From: Klebsormidium nitens
Lineage: Eukaryota > Plantae > Klebsormidiophyceae
Direction: 5' to 3'
Assembly (NCBI GenBank): GCA_000708835.1
Contig: DF237384.1
Location: forward strand, 1 to 64,000
Length of the DNA stretch: 64,000 nt
A program made the translations under genes and the position numbers. The notes below the pieces were generated by a model. That model was not told the DNA's origin. It was given only the letters and a program-made list of their open reading frames with translations, and did not search any database. Shown one piece after another: positions 58,301 through 64,000 of this stretch; position 1 is the first letter of the stretch, and every line of letters begins with the position of its first letter.

Positions 58301-59502
58301 GTTTGGCTGGGGCATATCAACCGGCCTCTGGGGGGCTCACCTTCAGCGGCGTTCCGCCCCCTTGGAGCGGAACCGTACACGTTGTCGACTTCTACCGGGT
58401 GGCGAACTGTACGATCACTTCACCTCCGCTGACGTCAGAAGCTTACGGGGCATGCACATGGGTGGTTGCCGCGAGGGGGATCCCCGTCGCGCTTGCGGTT
58501 GCTCCGCAGACCGCCACTTTCTCACCCGCCCGCGGGTTATGGAACGGTGTTTACGTCCTGTACCTGGCAAACTCCAGTTCCGTTCCGCTGGTGCCGGATC
58601 CGTTACCCCCCGTGACGAGCACGGCGGTCACCGTGCTCCCTGCGATGAACAGCACGCTCGCTGCGCAGAGCGGCGCCGTCTCATTCTCCTGTGCGGCCTC
58701 CGGTTTGTTGGCGATAACCGGGTACGTGGCAAATTACCCAACGGCTGCCCAGGTGCCAATTCCGGACGGCCTGTTACCTCCCGCCTTGATTTCCGCCGCC
58801 GCTCTTTACCTGACCCAGGGACCTTCCAACAACCCCTATTTCCCGGGCTCAGGAGCGCTGCTGTTCAGCGGCGTTCCCGCACTTCAAGCAAGCTCCCAAA
58901 CCCGGGTTCTCGACATAGCCGCCGGCTACCAAGCGCAGTACGTGGTGGACATCTTCGAGGTCGGCCCCGACTGCTCCCCGCAGATGCCCCCCGCCGGCCC
59001 GTCCGCCTTTGCGGGCTGCACGTGGTCCCTGGTTGCCGCCAACCGGTCGGTCCAGCACGACCCTGCCGCGCGTACCGCTATGGTCGCCCTGTCGAGCGCC
59101 ACCCACCAGAACGGGGTGTATGTACTCCACGTTGCGGACGTTCCGCTGACCGCTGGGCCGACGCCGGACTCCGCCACGCCCACCCCGGCGCCTGGAGCGA
59201 CCGGCTCACCCTCCTCGCCGCCCGCGCCAAGGCCACCCAACGGAACGGCCCCGAACGTCACACTGGCCCCGGGCGGTGCGCTTCCGACGACCGACAACGG
59301 AACCGGAAAGGGAACGGTCAGCGCTAGTGGGAGTACCGGCAAGACGACAATCATCATCGTGGGGGCAGTAATCATTGGGGTTCTCATCTTGGGCTCCGCG
59401 GCTGTTGCCGGTGTCCTCATCCAGAAAGCCGAGGGCCAGGTGCGCTATCGCCGCCGCCGGGCGCCAATCGCCGCTGTGGCAGGACCCTCTCAGCCGCAGT
59501 AG
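1228..59502 (+). CDS. Giant (~12,070 aa) multi-exon type I membrane/cell-surface protein: IPT/TIG + cadherin-like + filamin-type repeats + Ser-Pro shaft + PKD/REJ-like region + single TM (49 exons, listed individually below)
   Basis: 49 segments, each bounded by AG/GT with polypyrimidine tracts. All consecutive intron phases match, and motifs are rebuilt across junctions (RDA|AGN, DNGD|GTY, VYDT|YGN, QLR|DAYGN, VAR|DAFGN). There is one signal peptide at the start and one TM plus stop at the end. The model needs correction of two 1-bp deletions and two false gaps. Confidence 0.8.
1561..1662 (+). CDS. E2, start of IPT type A #1
   Basis: ctttgcactag|AT... DPEGCRIK...VSAYWPGAGSNAG, donor G|GTAAGT, 102 nt, phase 1-1. 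Confidence 0.75.
2272..2508 (+). CDS. E3, IPT type A #1
   Basis: ttctctcccacag|GT GGA; GSILSVEL...YCKFD...ASFIVP...FGSFVYYG|gtgggt. Homologous to E13 and E28. Confidence 0.85.
2855..3343 (+). CDS. E4, IPT type B #1 plus linker
   Basis: EPLQIHSIAPAVGLVTGGT...CRF...C...VSLNGQEW; donor G|GTAAGG; 489 nt, phase 1-1. Confidence 0.88.
4205..4504 (+). CDS. E5, IPT type C
   Basis: SACMYAMHPRVGPVTGSTTV...FCSFGG...FSLDG...FTYYG|gtgagt; 300 nt. Confidence 0.9.
4798..4847. repeat. 25-bp tandem duplication in intron 5
   Basis: tgactgtccaacaggtgttgatgtc x2. Confidence 0.95.
4948..7466 (+). CDS. E6, divergent IPT (X) plus 5-6 cadherin-like beta-sandwich domains
   Basis: ccctttcttgcag|CG; motifs LASL..GDLAPAF, SLNPPFD.DVYDYTV, SLSSL..GTLAPTF, VEVTAPNG..Y; donor ACG|GTGAGC, phase 0. 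Confidence 0.88.
7930..9460 (+). CDS. E7, further cadherin-like domains; contains a 1-bp deletion (~8478) and a false gap
   Basis: ctccttcgcag|ATA AGC; FTVTAEDG, LRVTPQDD, LLRPAFSPSIYAYTL, ISVASED; donor CAG|GTAAGA. True length is about 1305 nt after removing the overlap. Confidence 0.8.
8671..8803. other. Assembly gap (133 N), probably a false gap or overlap
   Basis: The left flank 8578-8670 (which contains n calls) is a noisy copy of the right flank 8804 to ~8893. Confidence 0.85.
9619..9913 (+). mobile_element. LTR remnant (likely the 3' LTR of a copia-like retrotransposon) in intron 7
   Basis: TGTCAAATG...CATTTGACA 9-bp inverted termini, a PPT-like AAGTGGGGGTG at 9608-9618 directly upstream, and AATAAA at 9691. 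No TSD and no coding region seen. Confidence 0.5.
9786..9896. repeat. 56-bp tandem duplication (2 copies, 1 mismatch) inside the LTR remnant
   Basis: aaggttggggcacgcctcaatccaggcgac(a/c)atacaacgacctgggtgtgatgcg x2. Confidence 0.95.
10032..10149 (+). CDS. E8, start of a filamin-type repeat (missed by the ORF track)
   Basis: ttctccttcag|AAC; NLVIRPGAISPATSRLILADGVTLDLEDESPVTVIQRDA; donor G|GTGAGG. Bridges phase 0 to phase 1. Confidence 0.85.
10585..10930 (+). CDS. E9, filamin-type repeat
   Basis: AGNLITT...LHDGTFSVTYAAKLAGRY; donor AG|GTGAGT, phase 2. Confidence 0.88.
11384..11652 (+). CDS. E10, filamin-type repeat
   Basis: cttcttttgcag|C; FWMVPKDQYGN...AGTYTLRVLIHG; donor C|GTAAGT. Confidence 0.88.
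11834..11884 (+). CDS. E11, 51-nt mini-exon
   Basis: cctgtccttgcag|CT; PQPDLVNNNWPWLARYA; donor G|GTAAGC, phase 1-1. Confidence 0.7.
12261..12311 (+). CDS. E12, 51-nt mini-exon (start of IPT type A #2)
   Basis: tttcctttgcag|CG; STDLVDAYYPGAFSTSG; donor G|GTGAGA. Confidence 0.78.
12777..13052 (+). CDS. E13, IPT type A #2
   Basis: GAYLTLTLL...VCRFDSTTVV...VTFLVPP...FGSLMYHG|gtaaga. Confidence 0.88.
13455..13895 (+). CDS. E14, IPT type B #2
   Basis: EPLSVDSVSPPSTPLGGG...ASLNGLEW; donor G|GTGAGT. Confidence 0.88.
14382..14693 (+). CDS. E15, IPT type C
   Basis: cttactaatcgcag|GT; PACMEGIFPSVGPLSGGT...FTYYG|gtgagt. Confidence 0.9.
15105..16499 (+). CDS. E16, array module 1 (X-IPT + cadherin-like + IPT); includes a false gap
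   Basis: Branch point cactaac, ctgctcag|CG ... FYHG|gtgagt. Loop GQLP-VSGNCWWCSPNYNRFQPAINA-KNPVC. True length 1155 nt. Confidence 0.88.
15609..15752. other. Assembly gap (144 N), false gap
   Basis: 15513-15608 is identical to 15753-15848 (96 bp). Confidence 0.9.
16930..18042 (+). CDS. E17, array module 2
   Basis: 1113 nt, phase 1-1. Loop GQAP-PALGNWMYGQQSAGPT-KPPVC; donor T|GTAAGT. Confidence 0.9.
18613..19716 (+). CDS. E18, array module 3
   Basis: 1104 nt, phase 1-1. Loop NQLP-LGPATWYNQWTFGTGV-KRPVC; donor A|GTAAGT. Confidence 0.9.
20159..21279 (+). CDS. E19, array module 4, with a 1-bp deletion at 20442/20443
   Basis: 1121 nt (one short of 1122). The conserved VSLNGQEF motif is split between frames (gtt gc ctc aac ggc caa gaa). 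Confidence 0.85.
22358..23488 (+). CDS. E20, array module 5
   Basis: 1131 nt, phase 1-1. Loop NQLP-LGPVNWWDWWSNSNYGSGV-KKPVC. Confidence 0.9.
23858..24985 (+). CDS. E21, array module 6
   Basis: 1128 nt, phase 1-1. Loop GSF-SYLYSVPTVYSPGDWQWRQLWTV-KQPVC. Confidence 0.9.
25302..26423 (+). CDS. E22, array module 7
   Basis: 1122 nt, phase 1-1. Loop GQLP-SNMGRDGFWDV-KLPIC. Confidence 0.9.
26998..28155 (+). CDS. E23, array module 8
   Basis: 1158 nt, phase 1-1. Loop GGLP-SFAANYYWGWGSDSGSQF-KPPVC. Confidence 0.9.
28590..29720 (+). CDS. E24, array module 9
   Basis: 1131 nt, phase 1-1. Loop GQLP-LGYPNWWNWGSYGTDA-KLPLC. Confidence 0.9.
30128..31255 (+). CDS. E25, array module 10
   Basis: 1128 nt, phase 1-1. 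Loop GQLP-LGSFRGYWEQWASFGAKA-RRPVC. Confidence 0.9.
31645..32778 (+). CDS. E26, array module 11
   Basis: 1134 nt, phase 1-1. Loop GQLP-LAAGSYGYSWYTAASTV-KNPVC. Confidence 0.9.
33223..34113 (+). CDS. E27, X-IPT + cadherin-like + start of IPT type A #3
   Basis: ttttttccttctgcag|AC; VSLNGQDF; ATLASLSLDSGYLNPAF; ends VRSYGPGLSSYGG|gtgagg; 891 nt. Confidence 0.88.
34529..34780 (+). CDS. E28, IPT type A #3
   Basis: GIKLSVVL...YCQFDSVVV...VTFVVPP...FGVFQYHG|gtgagg. Confidence 0.88.
35064..35432 (+). CDS. E29, IPT type B #3
   Basis: EPLHIASFAPAMGSTAG...ACKFG...VSLNGQEW; donor G|GTAAGG. Confidence 0.88.
35832..35924 (+). CDS. E30, Pro-rich linker exon (missed by the ORF track)
   Basis: GYPEEFPPGPPTSFPPAQGPSQSPSICLDER; donor A|GTAAGC; 93 nt, phase 1-1. 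The acceptor is weaker. Confidence 0.65.
36241..36953 (+). CDS. E31, filamin-type repeats
   Basis: ttttctctgtttttccag|AC; ITIRARDANG...DHGDGTYLVSF; donor ATT|GTGAGT, phase 0. Confidence 0.88.
37576..38693 (+). CDS. E32, filamin-type repeats
   Basis: VRLMDFFGN, YPLDAYNN; donor AG|GTGAGT, phase 2. Confidence 0.88.
39434..39778 (+). CDS. E33, filamin-type repeat
   Basis: ccacttttcag|G GAC GCC TAC GGC AAC (RDAYGN); donor AC|GTGAGC. Confidence 0.88.
40275..41576 (+). CDS. E34, filamin-type repeat plus ~320-aa Ser-Pro shaft
   Basis: (T)YGNLRSSG...GSPFAATIMP-(SP-rich)-ARIPANAS; donor GT|GTAAGT, phase 2. Confidence 0.88.
40520..41480 (+). repeat. Low-complexity Ser/Pro/Ala coding repeat with internal 42-bp and ~54-bp duplications
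   Basis: PSPSPS tracts. SAQPSPSTSASPST is exactly duplicated at 41221-41304, and SSSPAPSASPSPSSSAAP occurs twice near 40595-40710. Confidence 0.95.
42062..43833 (+). CDS. E35, filamin-type repeats
   Basis: DHADGTY, DNLDGTY, KDKNG, DVYGN, DAFGN, DLYGN; donor G|GTGAGC. Confidence 0.9.
44448..46541 (+). CDS. E36, filamin-type repeats
   Basis: The junction forms DNGD|GTYNISF; RDAYGN, NNYDGTY, RDQFGN, DNRNGQY; 2094 nt. Confidence 0.9.
46710..46937 (+). CDS. E37, filamin-type repeat
   Basis: The junction forms SDA|GGNRIT; donor G|GTAAGA; 228 nt. Confidence 0.85.
47311..47573 (+). CDS. E38, filamin-type repeat
   Basis: ARDSYGN...YTPAKAGVYQ|gtaagc. Confidence 0.88.
48069..50200 (+). CDS. E39, filamin-type repeats
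   Basis: YDDQGN, DNRDGTY, RDAAG, DNQDGTY; donor AG|GTGAGA. Confidence 0.9.
50543..50750 (+). CDS. E40, filamin-type repeat
   Basis: The junction forms VAR|DAFGN; donor CAG|GTGAGG. Confidence 0.88.
51100..51397 (+). CDS. E41, last filamin-type repeat
   Basis: ISVVPGAISA...VTAKDAAGN; donor G|GTGAGT. Confidence 0.88.
51682..52190 (+). CDS. E42, start of PKD/REJ-like region
   Basis: APTSVGVCDPVTLDASASSGSGGRGLQFSY; donor CAG|GTGGGC. Confidence 0.85.
52475..52966 (+). CDS. E43, REJ-like
   Basis: LQPGTGYTFTFVVQNFMG, FQWQQLAGP, LALGKDYTFQ. Uses an AAG acceptor (ttccatttgtgaag|GGC). Confidence 0.8.
53319..53663 (+). CDS. E44, REJ-like
   Basis: LSVSIAGG...LTLAASAADPDG...YQWAC...LPEGVYGFTVQ|gtaggg. 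Confidence 0.88.
54097..54534 (+). CDS. E45, REJ-like
   Basis: AYSWAI...LRVKPNSLLGGHVYQLTC...PSGGSVSL; donor CAG|GTGGGT. Confidence 0.85.
55086..55342 (+). CDS. E46, end of REJ-like region
   Basis: YTLKAVNF...LYQFRY...FVLPAGQIVLLAYV; donor CG|GTGAGC. Confidence 0.85.
55610..55977 (+). CDS. E47, contains KRRSLL motif
   Basis: gaccttcag|G TAC; ...TSKPKRRSLLSTDS...; donor G|GTGAGC. Confidence 0.8.
56508..57158 (+). CDS. E48, Ala/Leu-rich probably helical region plus start of juxtamembrane repeat 1
   Basis: 651 nt, phase 1-1; ends KTAALFFEQDL; donor G|GTAAGC. Confidence 0.85.
57782..59502 (+). CDS. E49, terminal exon: Cys/Trp repeats, Pro-rich linker, TM helix, short basic tail
   Basis: ctctttccgtcgcag|CT; TM IIIVGAVIIGVLILGSAAVAGVLI at 59350-59421; tail QKAEGQVRYRRRRAPIAAVAGPSQPQ; stop TAG at 59500. 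Confidence 0.88.
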
Positions 59503-60539
59503 ATGTGGCCGCCTGCGAACAATTGTAAGATGGTCTCTTAGCAGACGATTCGATGCAGGCGGCGGCAACGTGACGCTCATTTTGCGACTCTGCTCGTATA
59601 GTTCAGCATGCTCATTGTATTAGCTAAGCAAGTGTGTAACACTGAAGCCCCGAGCCAAGGCTATGGGCGCTAGAGTCCAGTTGGCTTGTGCTAAGCCGAG
59701 GTTGGACGAACAGCCACCATTTAGGATATCACCACCTCAATCAGGAAAGAAGCTCGACTTCATATCACGCTATCCGGCAGGCACGATGCAATTGTCGCTT
59801 GCAGATCCACGTCTTACACCTGGTTCTTTACCGTCAAACCGCATTTTGGCAATTTGCATATCAGCATTTCACTGATGCATCAAGAACAGTGAAGCGCGGC
59901 GGCATAACATGCTACTTTGGAAATCTACTGAATGCATGTATGGTTCCGACAGCTCTACGAGCACACCCGTTCATATGCAGGTCGCAAATTAGACCGTAGT
60001 CGTTTCGTGTAAGCAACACTTGATTATGGACGCATTATGTTCTGACCGGCCCTTGATTTGAGTTAAGGATGCATTGTGCGAGTAAGTGTTCGGGTGCATG
60101 TGGCCATGCGTGCACGCTGGTGCCTTAACCGGATTCTGCAGTGTGTCGACTTGTGAGCGGCACCTTGGCCAGGGTCACGAATTGGGTTCTGAATGCTCGT
60201 GCCCCAGCTACCAAGACAAGTACATGGTGTGCGCCACGCATGCCCTTTTGACGCACATGTCTGGGCGTCCAAGCGAGCGTTCTTCATCATCTCCTACCTG
60301 TACAACGGTTCATCAAGTGAAGCCTTTCTTGGAGTCTTCAAAACGGAAAAACTTGCTCAAACTCTTTGTTGTTGGTTCTATTCTTCCCGAAGAACCGTGG
60401 CTCCTCAAAGGAGCCGCACTAAAAAGCAAGGGCAGATTCCAACAACGCTGACTACAAACAGTGCAGCTTTCTTGCGTGCCCACCCCCGGGGCTTTCCGTG
60501 AGGAGCCTCACTTTGAAAGAGGCGCTGCCGTCCGCGGCC

Positions 60540-63500
60540 CTATATGGAGAACGGCCGGTTGAGGTCGAACATGCGGTCGCTGGAGAGCTGCGGGATCTGC
60601 GTGAGCCCCCCCCCACTGCTCGCCCCGAACACGCTGCCCAGCAGGCTGCCCAGCAGGCCGCCCCCCGTCAAAGCGGGGATACCCCCCCCCGCCCCTAGTG
60701 ACGCATTGGCGTCGCGGATGGCTTGCCGCATCGCCGCCAGAAGGGAGCCGTACGTTTGCGCCTGGTTGCGCTCGATGGCCTGGATGAACGAGTACGTCAT
60801 CGCCCCCGTCGACACTGTGCCGCTGAACGCCTGCGCACGCAAGCACGAGGGGCCGCTCAGGGGGCTGCAGACAACGGCAGGCGACAGCAGGCGTGCGACA
60901 CCCCAGCGGTAACGGAACAATTTGTCGCACTGGAAGCCACAATTCCTGCCAAAGGTGCCCAGTCACTGAGTAGCGTTGCGAGGGCGACTTTACCAGCCGA
61001 ACGGTTCCTGTGGGAACAGAAGCTGCCCAACCTGGTAGCCTGTGACCTTCGTCCGGGGCAGAGGGGCTTGCAATCATACTTCCGGATCTCCAACCATATT
61101 GAACGATCTCGAACCATATTGAACCGGGGCTGACAATCGGCTTTGAAAGGATGAGGTCAAACAGGATCCAGGGTAGCTTCGACTCCTGCTACATTCTACG
61201 AACTCTTCGAGCAAGGTTGGCTGAATTTCGGAACCCCAGGCAATGGAGGCCAGTCGCATTGGGGTACTCAAGAAAATCGTGTACGACAGCCTACTGAACG
61301 GGTTGTCGCCTGCAGCGGCGCTCACCGCGGTGTCGGCGGAGGTCTGCGCGTCCTCGCAGCCGCTGAAGCTGATGGCCTCGCCGCCGGCGGTGCCCTTGTA
61401 CGTGCGCCCCATGCGCTGGTCCTCCCACGCCACCTGGTTGTACTGGTTGATCTGCGCGGCAGGGAGGCTCAGATGTGTAATCTTGCGGGCCTGCCATTCC
61501 TGTCTTACATGCCGTATCAGTCTTGTCCTCGTATGTCACACACTCCACACCGACAGATCGTCAGAGCAAGATACCTCCACCACGGTTTGGTTCTGCACGA
61601 GCTGAACCCGTACGAACGACACCCACATCATTACTACATGGAAAAGGGCACATACGGAAATTCTCCCCTGTGTCAGCGGAGAATTCAGCTCTCAGGACTG
61701 ACCCAGTCACTACCGACCGAGACCGGACCCCGTTCTGGTGCGCACCTGCGCGAGGAAGGGCAGGTCCAGGATGGTCCCCGAGTGGCACGCGTCCACGACC
61801 GCGTGCAGGCGCACCCCCGGCAGCAGCGGGTTCACGAGCGCGCGGTTCAGCTCGTCGTCCACGATCTGGCCGTTGCGCTCGAAGTCCACGGGGCAGATCG
61901 TCTCGTCGAAGCCGTCCACCTGTCAAGCAGGCGCACAGCCACCAGGCGTGAGCGGCAGGCCAGCCAGGCACAGGCGGCGGGGACAATCAAGGCAAGGCAG
62001 TCCGGCAGGCAGGCAGTGAACCTGGAGGTGACTCTGCGCTCGCTTGCACGTCCGGCACAAGGTCTGTGACGCCGTGCTGGGGCACAGCGGCGGAGCAGAG
62101 CGCGGTTGCCTGCGTACCTCCTCCCCCAGGCGGTTCCGTTGTTGACCCCCATGGCCTGCCACAGCAAAGCAGAAGCATGATGAGCACGGATGAGCGGATC
62201 GTTTCCAAGGTCGTACAAAGCTTCGCAGTATTCCGAACACTCAGATTTGGCAAGACCTGGCTTGCGACTGGGTGAGAAATATGCCGGACTTCATTTCCCC
62301 TGACAGAAGCTGGCGGAGCCATCCAAAAGTACGTTGCCAGAAGTGGACAGCCAATGCGGTGGTGGGTACATAAGCTTGCGCTCCTTGCACAACAGATCCC
62401 CTGTACTCTGATCAGGTCGAATGGCTACGCCAGCCTTTCGTGGGTTTTCAGGGTCGACCTCGGCGCCTCACCTGAGTAGTGGAAGACGAGGGAGTCTCCA
62501 GCTTGCTGCCCCTGGATGAGCCAGTAGAGCGCGGACATGATGTTGTAGCGGGTGGGGATGCGCAGCGGGTCGCGGTCCTCCTCTGCACAAGACAGCCGGC
62601 CCCCTCAGTGAGGGCTGCCCGGGCTAACAGGGGGTAGAAAGACCCGCCAAGCAATTGGGCTGTACCTGCCACAGTAATGGAAAAAGCAGTGCCAGCCCAC
62701 TGCCGGTTGACTCTGACTTCAGGAGTCAACAGAAGGAAAAAGATAAGCCATGCTATCCAAACTTGTCTTGTTGCCCAGGGGGAAGACAACTCTGGTGCAT
62801 TGGCGGCCCACCTGTGAGCATGAGGATCTGCTCCTCCTTGAAGCCCAGCTTGTTGGTCAGCAAGTACTTCATGCACTGCGCGTCGTTGATGCACCCTGCA
62901 CTCGCAGCAGCACGCCGTCAGAAGAAGAACCCCGCCTCAACTAAGGACAGCGCAAGGGAGCCAGCACGCGGCAAGGGGACCAGGAACGTGGCGCAAGTGA
63001 GCAGCATGTCAAGACAGCCTGGCGGCCAGCTCGCCACCTCCTGTGACTGCCGTCCGGCTGGCACCACACCGCCGGCAGCGCTGGCGCTTCTTTTCTTAAC
63101 AAAAGGTTGCCCCAGGGCAGCGGGGCGGAGGGGCTCACCTTTGAGATGATAGCGCTGGTTCAAGTACGAGATGCCACAGACCACGGCGCGCTTCTTGCCA
63201 TGGAAGGAGGGCATGGACGGGGTGTACTGGCTGGGGTTTGGGGGGGGGAGGCTGGACGCGGGGATCTCAGGGCGCACAAAGGCACCCCCAGGAGGGCCAG
63301 CGCCGTAGCTCCCAGGCGGGGGCTGAAAGCCACCTGAGAAGGGAGGGGGGCCCTGGTAGCCGCCTTGAGGGGGGAATGGAGGGGGGCCTGGCAAGGAAGA
63401 GAAACCGTCATGAGGGATCACTCCAATCCATGACGGATCACTCCAATCAAAATCTACCCCCGTCCACAGGGCAATGTAACAGCAATGATCATCACCGAAG

Positions 63501-63864
63501 ATGGCCTTCACATTTTGAAAGCGCATTCGAAGATGGGGACTGCAGCAGAGATGTTTGTGTAACTCGTGCGAACACCGTTTAGGAGAGGTGATGTGTACTA
63601 GTTGCAAAAGCGGTGTTCTTGGCTGGAAAGGCATGTCTCAAAGTGATTGCGGGCTGCCTCAATTCATCACCAATTATTTTCAGACAGCTGTGCAACCCAT
63701 GCTTCAGCAGGGCACTGAACATACCTCCCACATATGGCGCAGGCGGACCAAACCCGCCGCTGGGGCCAAACCCGCCACTGGGGCTGGCCCCAGGGTACCC
63801 CCCTGCGGCGGGCTGTGCACTTTTGGCCGGTGCAATGCTGATGACGGTGCTGCAAACCACACAC
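60540..63864 (-). CDS. MCA1: Type I metacaspase (peptidase C14B), 5'-truncated by the window edge; 8 exons: 63864-63725, 63387-63139, 62895-62812, 62582-62472, 62155-62118, 61919-61746, 61451-61326, 60830-60540
   Basis: KKRAVVCGISY...LKGCINDAQCM, DSLVFHYS|GHG (catalytic His), DETICPVD, VVDACHSGTILDLP (catalytic Cys), AISFSGCEDAQTSADT, GAMTYSFIQA, IPQLSSDRMFD. The Pro/Gly-rich prodomain carries CVVC, the second half of an LSD1-type Zn finger. All intron phases are compatible. Confidence 0.93.
61085..61124. repeat. 20-bp tandem duplication in a metacaspase intron
   Basis: gatctc(c/g)aaccatattgaac x2. Confidence 0.9.
63409..63448. repeat. 20-bp tandem duplication in a metacaspase intron
   Basis: catga(g/c)ggatcactccaatc x2. 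Confidence 0.9.
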
Positions 63865-64000
63865 CTGCACACAGGTGGCCAAAACAATGCATAATTCGGG
63901 GGGATTGCAATGCACCACAAGCAGCGGAGGGTTCAAGTGAACATCCTGCCACCAGCTAATGACATGAACTGAGTGCACACCATAGCCTGGATGCTGGGGG

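Noticed and set aside
4614-59502. Reading the long + strand ORFs as a prokaryotic operon of separate adhesin genes
   Set aside because: The ORF ends are intron read-through beyond clear GT donors. There are no RBS patterns and no individual signal peptides, and motifs continue across splice junctions.

Overview
Eukaryotic, intron-rich genomic DNA with GC-rich exons, AT-richer GT-AG introns and two N-gaps. Gene style and content suggest a green alga, probably a streptophyte alga such as Klebsormidium; this is inference, not verified. Most ORFs in the track are exon fragments or antisense shadows. Hand-splicing joins nearly the whole window (1228-59502, +) into one 49-exon gene in which every intron is phase-compatible. 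It gives about 36.2 kb of CDS and a protein of about 12,070 aa. The protein is a single-pass type I membrane protein. Its order is: signal peptide, IPT/TIG domains, 8 tandem cadherin-like beta-sandwiches, filamin-type repeats, an array of 11 ~1.1-kb phase-1/phase-1 exons, ~20 filamin-type repeats interrupted by a ~320-aa Ser-Pro shaft, a PKD/REJ-like region, a KRRSLL motif, a helical region, three ~175-aa Cys/Trp repeats, one TM helix and a ~26-aa basic tail. Each of the 11 array exons encodes divergent IPT + cadherin-like + IPT and carries hypervariable aromatic loops. Two 1-bp frameshifts (~8478 and 20442/3) and two false gaps interrupt the assembly. A type I metacaspase gene (minus strand, 60540 to beyond 63864, 5' end outside the window) lies tail-to-tail with it. 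An LTR remnant sits in intron 7. All coordinates were derived by hand without tools.
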